A stretch of 48,722 nucleotides of DNA from Cloacibacterium sp. (GCA_041909215.1 JAYRDY010000001.1:1-48722), one strand, 5' to 3'. Shown: positions 17,305 to 27,023, counted from the stretch's first letter. Made by a program: numbers and translations. The notes: a model not told the origin generated them from the sequence alone.

Positions 17305-17730
17305 ATGAAAACAGTCAACATTTATCTCATATTCAACGGAAATTGCGGAGAAGCATTTCAATTTTATAAAAATGCATTTGGAGGAGATTTCGAAATGATA
17401 GCAAAATTCGGGGAAATGCCACCTCAAGAAGGACAAGAACTTTCTGAAGCAGACAAAGAAAAAATAATGCACGTAAAACTCCCAATAAGCAAAGAAACCG
17501 TTTTATACGGAAGCGATTCTTTAACACCAGAACAGAAAGTTACTTTTGGGAATAATTTTTCGGTTTCTATTAATGTAGATTCTAGAAATGATGCAGATAT
17601 TTTGTTTGCTAAATTATCTGATGGAGGTAAGATTACAATGCCTTTGCAAACTACTTTTTGGGGAGCTTATTTTGGGATGTGGACGGATAAGTTTGGGGTG
17701 AATTGGATGGTAAACTATGATGAGTACTGA
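17305..17730 (+). CDS. VOC family / PhnB-like protein
   Basis: YLIFNGNCGEAFQFY, IMH, FWGAYFGMWTDKFGVNWM. Confidence 0.93.
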   Translation: MKTVNIYLIFNGNCGEAFQFYKNAFGGDFEMIAKFGEMPPQEGQELSEADKEKIMHVKLPISKETVLYGSDSLTPEQKVTFGNNFSVSINVDSRNDADILFAKLSDGGKITMPLQTTFWGAYFGMWTDKFGVNWMVNYDEY

Positions 17731-17810
17731 TAAATTTCAGTTGCAATTATTCATGAATTATTTGTAAATTCGAGAAGAAATAATTGTTAAACCTCAAAAA
17801 AATATAAGCC

Positions 17811-18236
17811 ATGCACGAGAATGTAAAAGTTAGCGTAAAAGTAAATGCACCAGTAGATAAAGTTTGGAATGCATTAACAGAGAAAGAGCAACTAAAAAAT
17901 TGGTATTTTGATATTCCCGATTTTGAACTCAAGGAAGGTAATGCATTCAATTTTTATGAGCCAGGTGACGAGAGAAAATTCCATCATCATTGTGAAATTG
18001 CAGAAGTAGTGCCGCAAGAAAAATTGAAACATTCTTGGACGTATCCTGATATTTCTAAAGAAAAAACAATTGTGAAGTGGGAGTTGCAACCAGAAAACGA
18101 TGGTACAGTGATTACGCTAACGCATAAAGGTTTAGAAAATTTCCATCATTTAGGAGAAGATTTTTACCCAGAAAGCTTCAAAAAAGGTTGGGAAGAAATT
18201 ATAGGCAGTTCTCTTAAAAATTATGTAGAAAACTAA
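17811..18236 (+). CDS. SRPBCC / AHA1-like domain protein
   Basis: APVDKVWNALTE...WYF, GTVITLTH, GWEEI. Confidence 0.9.
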   Translation: MHENVKVSVKVNAPVDKVWNALTEKEQLKNWYFDIPDFELKEGNAFNFYEPGDERKFHHHCEIAEVVPQEKLKHSWTYPDISKEKTIVKWELQPENDGTVITLTHKGLENFHHLGEDFYPESFKKGWEEIIGSSLKNYVEN

Positions 18237-18263
18237 TTTTTAGTATAAAATTGAGTAAATATT

Positions 18264-18294
18264 AGGCGCCATTTTTAGTAATGGCGCTTTTTTT
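18264..18294 (+). terminator. Intrinsic terminator
   Basis: AGGCGCCATT-TTTAGT-AATGGCGCTT plus T tract. Confidence 0.8.
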
Positions 18295-18321
18295 GTACTT
18301 TTGATTAAAATTTTAAAATCA

Positions 18322-19341
18322 ATGAAAAAATCATTTCTTATAGGTTTATTTGTTATGTCTCTGCTTATTTCTTGTAATAAAGAAAAAGAGATTATAGATA
18401 CATTGATACAATATAATACCGAGATGGAAACCAAAGGCTACCACTTCGGTGATAAAATTAATTTTCCTAAAGAAGTTACAGATAATGCAGAAAGCATCAC
18501 CATCAGTTTTGGAGATAAAGAAACAGCTAACTTAGTAATAGATCCTCAGTATTTTACTTTGGGCGATAACTTAGTAACCATCAATATCACAAGAGATGGT
18601 AAAGTGATTAACCAAGATGCAACGATAAATGTTTTTGCTAAAAATCCAGAAAAAAATCTCACTTATCAGATTGTTGCAGAATATCCACATGATACCAAAA
18701 ATTTTGTGCAAGGATTTCAGTTAGAAGACAATACAATCTATGAAAGTGATGGGCAATTAGGGCAATCTAGACTTATAAAATATACATTAGGAGATACTAA
18801 CGTTTTAAGCGAGGCCAAGCAAGGAGATTCCGTTTTTTCTGAAGGTAGCGCTATTGTTGGCAATAAAGTGTATCAACTTACATGGAGAAATAAAAAAGGG
18901 TTTGTTTATGATAAAAACTCATTTAAACTTCTGAAAGAGTTTGATTATCCAAACGTTATGGGAGAAGGTTGGGGATTAACTTATGATGGTAAAAACTTAA
19001 TCGCTTCTGATGGGACTAAAAATTTATACTTTTTAGATGTTAATAACCCTTCTAAAATGGTGAAGTACATCTCTGTAGCGGGGAATAAAGAAGTTTACGA
19101 CCAGTTAAATGAACTAGAATATTACAACGGATATATTTATGCAAACGTTTGGCAAAAACCCAATATTCTGAAAATTGATCCTAAAACAGGAGAGGTTATT
19201 GCTAAGTTTGATTTCTCACAACTTACAAAACAAAATACCAAAGGCGAAAATGATGTCCTTAACGGGATTGCCTTCAAAGGCAACAACATGTTAGTTACGG
19301 GTAAAAACTGGAGCAAAATATATGAAGTGAAGATAGAATAA
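18322..19341 (+). CDS. Glutaminyl-peptide cyclotransferase (beta-propeller type), lipoprotein
   Basis: Start MKKSF at 18322, lipobox LISC; FVQGF, FSEG, QLTW, EGWGLT, LNELE, LNGIA, TGKNW motifs. Confidence 0.93.
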   Translation: MKKSFLIGLFVMSLLISCNKEKEIIDTLIQYNTEMETKGYHFGDKINFPKEVTDNAESITISFGDKETANLVIDPQYFTLGDNLVTINITRDGKVINQDATINVFAKNPEKNLTYQIVAEYPHDTKNFVQGFQLEDNTIYESDGQLGQSRLIKYTLGDTNVLSEAKQGDSVFSEGSAIVGNKVYQLTWRNKKGFVYDKNSFKLLKEFDYPNVMGEGWGLTYDGKNLIASDGTKNLYFLDVNNPSKMVKYISVAGNKEVYDQLNELEYYNGYIYANVWQKPNILKIDPKTGEVIAKFDFSQLTKQNTKGENDVLNGIAFKGNNMLVTGKNWSKIYEVKIE

Positions 19342-19370
19342 ACAAAAATACAAACCATAAAAAACACAAT

Positions 19371-20135
19371 ATGATGAAACTTTTTAATTTAATTTTTTTA
19401 CTTTTTTTTAGTTATGCTTTTTCTCAAAATACTTATCCAATTCTAGTAAAAGACAGCATTAGAGATGCAGTTATTGATGAGTATTCAGACTTATATATCT
19501 ATCGAAATAGTGATAACAGTATTTTGAAGTATGATTCTCTAGGCAAGCGTAAGGCTGTAGTAGAGCTATCGCATTCTTTTAAAATTCTTTCTGTGGAAAA
19601 TCCTCTGAATATATTTTTATTTTCAGAAAATGGACAAGATCTTAAAATTTTAGATAATAACTTAAACGAAATTCAAACGTTTAATTTATATAACCATTTT
19701 GGTCACATAAAATCTGTTTATGTTGAAGATTTACAAAATATTTGGATTGTAGATTCGTCTAAAAAATCGCTTATATATTATAACTACAGAACAGATAAAG
19801 TAAACAAATCTTTCCCTTTAAAAATAGATGTAAATGCAGTAGAAGATTTTATTGTTAATCAAAATAGAATTTATTTACTTTCTGAGAAAAATTTTAGTGT
19901 TTATAACTTTAATTCCGAACTTCTTTTCAGTCAAGACTTAGGAAAAGGCAAGAAATTGAAAAGAAATGGTAATGATATTTATATTATTGAAAACGATAAC
20001 ATCTTCTCTTATAACGAAAACCAAGGTCTAAAGCCTACTTTTGGTAAGGTAGATTACAAAATTGTGGATAAAAACAGCACTCATTTTTTGGCTTTAATGT
20101 ATGACAAATTCTATCTTTACAAACAAGAAAAATAG
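19371..20135 (+). CDS. Conserved secreted hypothetical protein (probable beta-propeller)
   Basis: Signal AFS|Q; repeated short beta-strand motifs; NPLNIFLFSEN. Confidence 0.6.
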   Translation: MMKLFNLIFLLFFSYAFSQNTYPILVKDSIRDAVIDEYSDLYIYRNSDNSILKYDSLGKRKAVVELSHSFKILSVENPLNIFLFSENGQDLKILDNNLNEIQTFNLYNHFGHIKSVYVEDLQNIWIVDSSKKSLIYYNYRTDKVNKSFPLKIDVNAVEDFIVNQNRIYLLSEKNFSVYNFNSELLFSQDLGKGKKLKRNGNDIYIIENDNIFSYNENQGLKPTFGKVDYKIVDKNSTHFLALMYDKFYLYKQEK

Positions 20136-20140
20136 AATCA

Positions 20141-20755
20141 ATGCATATTGCTGTTACAGGAAACATTGGCGCAGGTAAAACTACATTAACAACCATGTTA
20201 TCAAAACATTATGGTTGGGATGCGCAATTTGAAGATGTAGATCACAATCCTTATTTGGAAGATTTTTATGAAGATATGAGCAAATGGAGTTTTGCTCTTC
20301 AGATTTATTTTTTAGGAAGCAGGTTCCGTCAGGTAAAAGAAATACGAGAAAGCGGTAGAAACATCGTTCAAGACAGAACGATTTATGAAGATGCGTATAT
20401 TTTTGCTGAAAACTTAAATGATATGGGCTTGCTTACCGAAAGAGATTTTAACAATTATTCTTCGGTATTTCATCTGATGAAGTCTTTTGTTTCAGCACCA
20501 GATTTGCTTATTTATTTAAAGTCAGACGTTCCTAATTTAGTAAAGAAAATCTACAAAAGAGGAAGAGATTATGAAGCCAGCATCAGCATAGAATATTTAT
20601 CTAAACTGAACGAAAAATACGAAAAATGGATTTCTAACTACAAAGAAGGTAAACTTTTGGTAATAGAAGTAGATGATTTGGATTTTGTGGAAAGACCAGA
20701 GGATTTCGGGTATATTTTAGAAAAAATTGAAGCAGAATTGCACGGATTATTTTAA
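20141..20755 (+). CDS. Deoxynucleoside kinase
   Basis: P-loop GNIGAGKTT; DRTIYED; RGRDYE lid. Confidence 0.95.
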   Translation: MHIAVTGNIGAGKTTLTTMLSKHYGWDAQFEDVDHNPYLEDFYEDMSKWSFALQIYFLGSRFRQVKEIRESGRNIVQDRTIYEDAYIFAENLNDMGLLTERDFNNYSSVFHLMKSFVSAPDLLIYLKSDVPNLVKKIYKRGRDYEASISIEYLSKLNEKYEKWISNYKEGKLLVIEVDDLDFVERPEDFGYILEKIEAELHGLF

Positions 20756-20791
20756 TGTAAGTAATTAACAATTGGCAATAAGTAATAAAAA

Positions 20792-21133
20792 ATGATTACT
20801 ATTTTACATAACAATCGCTGCGGAAAATCTAGAGCTGCATTACAGTTTTTAGAATCTAAAGGTTTGGAGTTTGAAGTAAGAAATTACTTAGAAAACCCTT
20901 TGTCTGAAGTAGAAATTGAAGATTTATTATCTAAACTAGATACTTCGGTGCATGATGTCATCAGAAAAAATGAAAATTTGTGGAAAGAAAATTTCTCGCA
21001 AACAACTTATTCTGATAGTGGTTTAGTTTCTATTTTGGCCAATTATCCTAAACTTTTGCAAAGACCAATTGTAATTAAAGACAACAAGGCAATTATCGCC
21101 AGAGATATTGAGAAATTAGAAAAATTTCTATAA
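20792..21133 (+). CDS. ArsC/Spx/MgsR family protein (glutaredoxin-type arsenate reductase-like)
   Basis: HNNRCGKSR and PKLLQRPIV. Confidence 0.88.
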   Translation: MITILHNNRCGKSRAALQFLESKGLEFEVRNYLENPLSEVEIEDLLSKLDTSVHDVIRKNENLWKENFSQTTYSDSGLVSILANYPKLLQRPIVIKDNKAIIARDIEKLEKFL

Positions 21134-21141
21134 AATAATAG

Positions 21142-21173
21142 AAAAGCGAGCTCGAAAGAGTTCGCTTTTTTTT
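21142..21173. terminator. Bidirectional intrinsic terminator between convergent genes
   Basis: AAAAGCGAGCTC-GAAA-GAGTTCGCTTTT. Confidence 0.85.
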
Positions 21174-21185
21174 GATTTAAAGTTT

Positions 21186-22085
21186 TTATTTGTTGATTAA
21201 ATTATCTAAAGCATGATTTAAATTCGGGTATTTAAAAGTAAATCCTGTTGATTTTATTTTCTCGTTAGAAGCTCTGCTTCCTTCTAAAATAATCGAAGAC
21301 ATTTCTCCCATAATCAGTTTCATCATGAATTCTGGGACAGGAATGGGCAAGAAAAATTTGTTTGATTTTTGAGCCATACTTTTCATAAAAGTTTCATTGG
21401 TCACCATTTCATCTGCTACCGCATTATAACTTCCATTGTATTGAGGGTTTTCTATCGCTTCTACATACATATTCGCCAAATCTTCTATGTGAATCCAGTT
21501 CATCCATTGTTTTCCTTTTCCTACAGGCGAAGCCAAATTGAAATCCGTCAATTTTTTTAACGGAACAAAACTTCCACCTTCTTTTGCCAAAACCATTGCT
21601 GTCCTTAGACAAACAACACGTTCTGCGATCTCAGAAAATTGATAAGCAGCTTTTTCCCAATCTACTGAAAGTTCTGCCAAAAAATCTAGTTTTTTGATGG
21701 GCGAATTTTCCGTGAGAATTTCATCACTCGTAAAAGTTCCGTAATAGTTAATTCCAGAAGCTGAGATAAAGTTTTTTAATTTTATTTGATGCTTTTCGCA
21801 GTAAGATTTGAGAAGATTTGCAGCATTAATTCTAGAGCTGTAAAGTTCTTTTTTATATTCTTCTGTCCATCTTTTAGCAATCGTAGCACCTGCTAAATGT
21901 ATAATAGCTTCAATGTTATTAAAAGCAGCATCTTCTATGAAATTTTCATCAGGATTCCATTGAAATTCATTCGGTTTTCCCGTTTTTTTTCTGGTCAAAA
22001 TAACAATTTCATGACCATTTTTTTCTAGTTTTCGAACTAAATATTTCCCGATTAAACCAGTGGCTCCTGTGATTAATATTTTCAT
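21186..22085 (-). CDS. TIGR01777 family NAD-dependent epimerase/oxidoreductase (YfcH-like)
   Basis: ITGATGLIG, IHLAGA, RWT, GKQWMNWIHIED. Confidence 0.92.
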   Translation of the reverse strand: MKILITGATGLIGKYLVRKLEKNGHEIVILTRKKTGKPNEFQWNPDENFIEDAAFNNIEAIIHLAGATIAKRWTEEYKKELYSSRINAANLLKSYCEKHQIKLKNFISASGINYYGTFTSDEILTENSPIKKLDFLAELSVDWEKAAYQFSEIAERVVCLRTAMVLAKEGGSFVPLKKLTDFNLASPVGKGKQWMNWIHIEDLANMYVEAIENPQYNGSYNAVADEMVTNETFMKSMAQKSNKFFLPIPVPEFMMKLIMGEMSSIILEGSRASNEKIKSTGFTFKYPNLNHALDNLINK

Positions 22086-22164
22086 AGATTTTAAAATTTA
22101 AAATGTTAGATTTTTAGAAGTTTGTACTTCTGTTTTCAATCAACCATCAACCTACAATTATGTC

Positions 22165-22473
22165 CTACAACATAATTACGCCCTCAATTTGGGCAACTTC
22201 CTGATATAGTTTTATAACATGGTCCGCATCTAGCACGAAACATTGTATCGTAATGCTGATGTATTTTCCGTTGCTGCTTTCCCTGGTAGAAAAAGTATTT
22301 TTGGTGCCGTCAAAAACCTTATAAATTTCGGTGAGTTTTTCTTGATTATTGACGATGATGAATTTATAAAGATAATCTTCAGGGAAATTGTGGTTGTTCT
22401 CTAATTTAATTTTTAGAGAAGTATAAAATTCTGCTTGTTCATCAAAAGATTCATTGCCAGTTATTTCTATCAT
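22165..22473 (-). CDS. DUF493 (YbeD-like) family protein
   Basis: FPEDYLYKFI and SSNGKYISIT motifs. Confidence 0.88.
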   Translation of the reverse strand: MIEITGNESFDEQAEFYTSLKIKLENNHNFPEDYLYKFIIVNNQEKLTEIYKVFDGTKNTFSTRESSNGKYISITIQCFVLDADHVIKLYQEVAQIEGVIML

Positions 22474-22490
22474 TTCTTAATTTTTAAGTT

Positions 22491-22521
22491 AAAAAAAACG
22501 CCTTATCATTAAGACAAGGCG
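22491..22521 (-). terminator. Intrinsic terminator after the DUF4197 gene
   Basis: CGCCTTGTC-TTAAT-GATAAGGCG followed by T8 on the minus strand. Confidence 0.7.
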
Positions 22522-22543
22522 AATTTAGAATATTTTATTGAAA

Positions 22544-23215
22544 TTATTTTAGAATATTCATTGGATTTTTTGGACTTGTCTTTTCGTAATTTTCTATAAC
22601 CCCGAAAAGTCCGTTCACCATTTGTTCTGTCGCCAAGTTGCTTAAGCTTGTTGTTGCCGTTGTATTTTGATTACCCAAAAGAGAACCTAGTAAGTTACTG
22701 CCTTTTAGCGAAGAATTAATACTTTTTACAATCCCAAATTCATTTAGTTTTGCATCTACTTTTGGTGCGATAGCAGCAATTAATTGGGCGCTAGATTTTT
22801 CTTTAAGATAAGCTGTAGCAGCACCGCTTCCGCTTTGTGCAATTCTTTGTGCATCTTCAGTCGTCATGTTATTAATTGTGTTCACCAAGATGGGTTCTGC
22901 AATAGGGGCAACAAATGCAGCTGCATCAGCAATATAGCTTTTTTCTTTAGCTACCAAACTGCCAAGTCCTATTTTTTCTAGAGAAGAATTAATATCTTTT
23001 AATTTTTGAGGTAAAGCAGCACTTATCAGTTCATTTGCTAAAAAAGAGTCTTTATCTTTAAAAATATTCAAACCTTTAGTAACGCCACCAATCAAAATCT
23101 CTTTAAGAATAGGTAAACCTACAGTAGTGGCAATAGCCGCACAAGATTGTGTAGAAGTAGTAATAAAACCAACAGATCCTAGTGCTAGACCTGCCATTAA
23201 TACATATTTTTTCAT
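22544..23215 (-). CDS. DUF4197 family lipoprotein
   Basis: Signal with TQSC; AEPILVNTINNMTTEDA, AATAYLK, GLF..IE..EK motifs. Confidence 0.82.
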   Translation of the reverse strand: MKKYVLMAGLALGSVGFITTSTQSCAAIATTVGLPILKEILIGGVTKGLNIFKDKDSFLANELISAALPQKLKDINSSLEKIGLGSLVAKEKSYIADAAAFVAPIAEPILVNTINNMTTEDAQRIAQSGSGAATAYLKEKSSAQLIAAIAPKVDAKLNEFGIVKSINSSLKGSNLLGSLLGNQNTTATTSLSNLATEQMVNGLFGVIENYEKTSPKNPMNILK

Positions 23216-23275
23216 GTCAATTTTTTGTGAGTAGCAAACTCAAATATCAAGCCAAAGTTACATTAAATTTTAATG

Positions 23276-23409
23276 GCGTGTATTTTTTTTCTTTATTTTT
23301 CCTAAGCAAAAAAAAATACCGCGCTTTTCGTTGCAATTCCTCGTGAAAATTAACGCTCGCTTCGCTCGCGTCAATTTCACTGCGGGATTTCCACTGCAAT
23401 CGCTCACGC
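23276..23409 (-). ncRNA. Structured flavobacterial repeat / Flavo-1-like RNA element
   Basis: GC-rich multi-stem element: closing GCGTG/CACGC, TTGCAGT..ATTGCAA, inner GTGAAATT/AATTTTCAC hairpin; resembles Flavo-1 from memory only. Confidence 0.45.
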
Positions 23410-23503
23410 AAAAAGAGTTCCGAGTTTTAAGTTTTGTCAGATAATTATTGGTGCAAAATCTAAAATGAGAATTTCCAATATCTAGTTTCCAACATCCATC
23501 ATC

Positions 23504-25483
23504 TTAATATTTCAAAATTTTGTTGATAGCTTCCTTCAATTCTTCATTAGGCATAAATTGGTCTTCTAGCTTTTTATTAAAAGGGATTGGCGTATCCATA
23601 GAAGCCACTCTAAGAATTGGTGCGTCTAAATCCTCAAAACAATGTTCAGAGATCAGGGCAGAAAGTTCTGCTCCAAAGCCACAAGTCAATGTATCTTCGT
23701 GTAAAATAATCACTTTATTGCATTTTCTTACCGATTCGTAAATGGTTTCTGTATCGAATGGAATAAGTGTTCTTAAATCCACAATTTCTAAAGAAATTTC
23801 AGGATTTTTTTCAGCAAATTCTAAAGCGATATGTACTCCTAAACCGTAAGTAATAATCGTGATTTCATCGCCTTCTTTTACTTTTCTGGCTTTCCCGAAT
23901 GGAGTAGTGTAGAAACCTTCTGGTACATTGCCTTTTAGACTTCTGTATAATTTTTTATGTTCGAAAAAAAGTACTGGATTTGGATCTTCAAAACTTTGAA
24001 TTAATAAACCTTTTGCATCATCAGGAAACGCTGGATAGGCAATTTTCAGTCCTGGAGTTTTGGTAAACCAAGCTTCATTACTTTGAGAGTGAAATGGTCC
24101 CGCTCCAGTTCCCGCTCCAGTTGGCATTCTCACCACTACATCAGCATTTTGGTTCCATCTATAATGGGTTTTTGCTAAATTATTAATGATTTGGTTGAAA
24201 CCTTCCGTTACAAAATCTGCAAACTGCATTTCTACCATAGATTTATAGCCATTAATGCTTAATCCTAAACCAGAACCTACAATCGCTGCTTCGCAAAGTG
24301 GAGTATTTCTGACTCTTTTTTTACCGAATTTTGCAACAAAACCTTCCGTTATTTTAAAAGCGCCACCATATTCTGCAATATCTTGTCCCATTAAAACCAA
24401 ATTAGGATGGTTTTTCATAGAAATTTCTATGGCTTCAGAAATCGCATCAATAAATCTTATTTCTCTATTTTGTAATTTTTCTGGTAAAATTTCTTTGTTA
24501 CTGAAAGGTGCATAAACATCTTCTAATTCCGTTTTTTTATTTGGGATGATTTCTGGTTCTGCAATGGTTTCATCAAGCGCTTCATCTACTTGTTTTTTGT
24601 AAAATTCTTTAATTTCTTCAATTAAATTTTGAGTTAAAATTCCTTCGGAAAGTAAGAATTGTTCAAAATTAGAAATCGGGTCTTGTTTTGTCCATTCATC
24701 AATCATTCCTTCAGGATAATAAGCCGTTCCAGAAGCTTCTTCGTGGCCCCTAAGTCTGAAGGTGTTGCATTCTACCAAAATTGGTCTAGGATTTTTTCTG
24801 ATGCTTTCTGCTAAATTTTTAAAAGTCTGATAAACTTCTACAATATTATTTCCATTGATGGAATGTGCTTCTATTCCGTAGCCAATTCCTTTATCAGCAA
24901 AAGATTTGCATTTAAATTGCTCGCGAGATGGCGTAGAAAGTCCCCATTGGTTATTCTCAACAACAATAATTACGGGTAAATTCCAAACTGCGGCTGTATT
25001 TACGGCTTCGTGAAAATCGCCTTCGGAAGCGCCACCATCACCCGTGAAAACGAGTGTACATTTCTCTTCCTGATTCAATAAATGAGAAAGTGCAATGCCG
25101 TCTGCAACGCCCATTTGTGAACCTAAATGAGAAATCATTCCTATAATTTTGAATTCTTGTGTTCCGAAATGGAAACTTCTGTCTCTGCCTTTGGTAAAGC
25201 CATTCATTTTTCCTTGAAATTGAGAAAAAAGTCTGTTAAGCGGGATTTCTCTTGAGGTAAATACGCCTAAATTTCTATGCATGGTTAAGATGTATTCGTC
25301 TCTGTTCATCGCAAGGGCAGAACCAACGGAAGTGGCTTCTTGTCCCCAACTAGAAAACCATTTAGAAATTTTACCTTGGCGTAAAGCAATGAGCATTTTT
25401 TCTTCAATGGTTCTGGGTAAAACCATTGCTTTGTATAGATGGATAAGCGTTTCTTTATTTAAATTTTCAGTATTAAAATTCAT
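23504..25483 (-). CDS. 2-oxoacid (probably branched-chain, 2-oxoisovalerate) dehydrogenase E1, fused alpha/beta subunits
   Basis: TPP motif GDGGASEGDFHE...ENNQW, RLRGHEE, NTPLCE, EMQFADF, GPFHSQS. Confidence 0.92.
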   Translation of the reverse strand: MNFNTENLNKETLIHLYKAMVLPRTIEEKMLIALRQGKISKWFSSWGQEATSVGSALAMNRDEYILTMHRNLGVFTSREIPLNRLFSQFQGKMNGFTKGRDRSFHFGTQEFKIIGMISHLGSQMGVADGIALSHLLNQEEKCTLVFTGDGGASEGDFHEAVNTAAVWNLPVIIVVENNQWGLSTPSREQFKCKSFADKGIGYGIEAHSINGNNIVEVYQTFKNLAESIRKNPRPILVECNTFRLRGHEEASGTAYYPEGMIDEWTKQDPISNFEQFLLSEGILTQNLIEEIKEFYKKQVDEALDETIAEPEIIPNKKTELEDVYAPFSNKEILPEKLQNREIRFIDAISEAIEISMKNHPNLVLMGQDIAEYGGAFKITEGFVAKFGKKRVRNTPLCEAAIVGSGLGLSINGYKSMVEMQFADFVTEGFNQIINNLAKTHYRWNQNADVVVRMPTGAGTGAGPFHSQSNEAWFTKTPGLKIAYPAFPDDAKGLLIQSFEDPNPVLFFEHKKLYRSLKGNVPEGFYTTPFGKARKVKEGDEITIITYGLGVHIALEFAEKNPEISLEIVDLRTLIPFDTETIYESVRKCNKVIILHEDTLTCGFGAELSALISEHCFEDLDAPILRVASMDTPIPFNKKLEDQFMPNEELKEAINKILKY

Positions 25484-25595
25484 GTGTAATGTTTGAATTC
25501 AAAAATAAAGAAATGACTTGAATGCGACAATTTTTAATTTCCTAAATTTTTAATCAAATTCAGATAAATTATCTAAGAATAAGCGTGTAAAAATG

Positions 25596-25630
25596 AAAAA
25601 GCGCTTTCATAATTTTATGAAAGCGCTTTT
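25596..25630 (-). terminator. Intrinsic terminator of rpsF-rpsR-rplI
   Basis: Long inverted repeat AAAAGCGCTTTCATA...TATGAAAGCGCTTTT. Confidence 0.88.
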
Positions 25631-25651
25631 ATTTATAATTCTGAATTAATC

Positions 25652-26134
25652 TTAAGCTTCTTCAGACTTTACTTCTTCAGTAGTAATAGCATCAGAAACA
25701 ACTTCGAATTCATAATCAAATTCTACATTTCTGTGTGGTCTTACTTTAGCAGTAAATTTACCTGTTCTCTTAATAGTGTTACCAGGAATTTTGATGTATT
25801 TTTTATCAACAATTACACCAGCTTTAGCAAGAGCTTCAGCTAAGTTAGCGTTGTTGATAGAACCAAAAAGTTTATCACCTGCACCAGCTTTAGCTGTAAT
25901 AGTAACAGGGGTAGCTTTTAGTTTATCAATAATTGCAGTAGCAGCAGCTACTAATTTAGCTTCTTCTTCTTTTCTTGCTTCTAAAGTAGCTTCTAGAGCA
26001 GCTTTGTTTTTAGGAGTTGCAAGAAGAGCGTAACCTTGAGGAATCAAGAAATTTCTTGCATAACCAGGTTTTACGTTTACTGTATCAAACTCAAGACCTA
26101 AGTTTTCTACGTCTTTTTTTAGGATAATTTCCAT
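25652..26134 (-). CDS. rplI: 50S ribosomal protein L9
   Basis: VKPGYARNFLIPQG; KLFGSI. Confidence 0.99.
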   Translation of the reverse strand: MEIILKKDVENLGLEFDTVNVKPGYARNFLIPQGYALLATPKNKAALEATLEARKEEEAKLVAAATAIIDKLKATPVTITAKAGAGDKLFGSINNANLAEALAKAGVIVDKKYIKIPGNTIKRTGKFTAKVRPHRNVEFDYEFEVVSDAITTEEVKSEEA

Positions 26135-26153
26135 TGTTGTTGTCCTTTTTTTA

Positions 26154-26226
26154 GTTTAGAAGTTAGATTTTAGAAGTTAGAAGTTAGAAAACTATCAACC
26201 AACAACTAATAACCAACAACCAATGA
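26154..26226. repeat. Two opposed heptamer arrays (AGTTAGA-type x5; CCAACAA-type x5) between rpsR and rplI
   Basis: Directly visible 7-bp periodicity; the arms can fold back with G-U pairs. Confidence 0.7.
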
Positions 26227-26233
26227 TTAATAA

Positions 26234-26536
26234 TTATTTTAATAAATCTGCTACGTAAGGCATTAAAGCTAAGTGTCTAGCTCTTTTGATAGCTGCAGAA
26301 ACTTTTCTTTGATATTTAAGAGAAGTACCTGTGTATCTTCTTGGTAAGATTTTACCTTGCTCGTTTACGAATTGTAATAAGAAATCAGCATCTTTATAAT
26401 CTACATGCTTAATTCCGTATTTTTTAAATCTACAATATTTCTTTTCAGATTTTGTATTGATATCAAGTGGAGTAAGGAATTTTACTTCAGATTCACCTCC
26501 AGCTGATGCTTGTTTTGCCATATCATCTATTGCCAT
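26234..26536 (-). CDS. rpsR: 30S ribosomal protein S18
   Basis: [28 protein letters not shown]. Confidence 0.99.
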   Translation of the reverse strand: MAIDDMAKQASAGGESEVKFLTPLDINTKSEKKYCRFKKYGIKHVDYKDADFLLQFVNEQGKILPRRYTGTSLKYQRKVSAAIKRARHLALMPYVADLLK

Positions 26537-26563
26537 TGTTCTAAAATTTTAAGGGTTAAAAAA

Positions 26564-26905
26564 TTAAGCTTTTGCAGTTTTTACTTTAGCTCTTCTTGTT
26601 ACAGCGTACTCTACAGCGTGTTTGTCTAGCTTAGTAGTTAAGTAACGGATAACTCTCTCATCACGTTTGAAAGCAGTTTCTAAACCTGCTACTACAGTAC
26701 CTTCACCTTTGAATTCAATCAAAGTGTAGAATCCATTCTTTTTCAATTGAATAGGATACGCTAATTTTTTTAGTCCCCAATTTTCTTTGGCAACAATTTC
26801 ACAGTTGTGTTCTTTCAAGAAATCCTCGAATTTTTTCACTGCTTCCTCCACCTGTGCGTCAGATAGAACGGGAGTTAAAATGAAAACAGTTTCGTAATTG
26901 TTCAT
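26564..26905 (-). CDS. rpsF: 30S ribosomal protein S6
   Basis: [19 protein letters not shown]; TAATTTTG promoter at 26940-26947 (-). Confidence 0.99.
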   Translation of the reverse strand: MNNYETVFILTPVLSDAQVEEAVKKFEDFLKEHNCEIVAKENWGLKKLAYPIQLKKNGFYTLIEFKGEGTVVAGLETAFKRDERVIRYLTTKLDKHAVEYAVTRRAKVKTAKA

Positions 26906-27023
26906 AATGTTAAAAATATTTGTTAATTATTTCGAGGTGCAAAATTAGTGAAACTTTTTAAAGTACACAATATTAATGCAATAATTTATTGATTTGATGA
27001 TGGGTTAATAATGGAATTTGGAT

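Noticed and set aside
26154-26226. CRISPR array
   Set aside because: The 7-bp units have no unique spacers and there are no cas genes; the same applies to the other short repeats
26234-26536. Zinc-free S18 as a Zur-regulated paralog
   Set aside because: It lies in the core rpsF-rpsR-rplI operon, and lack of the full Cys motif is normal for this lineage
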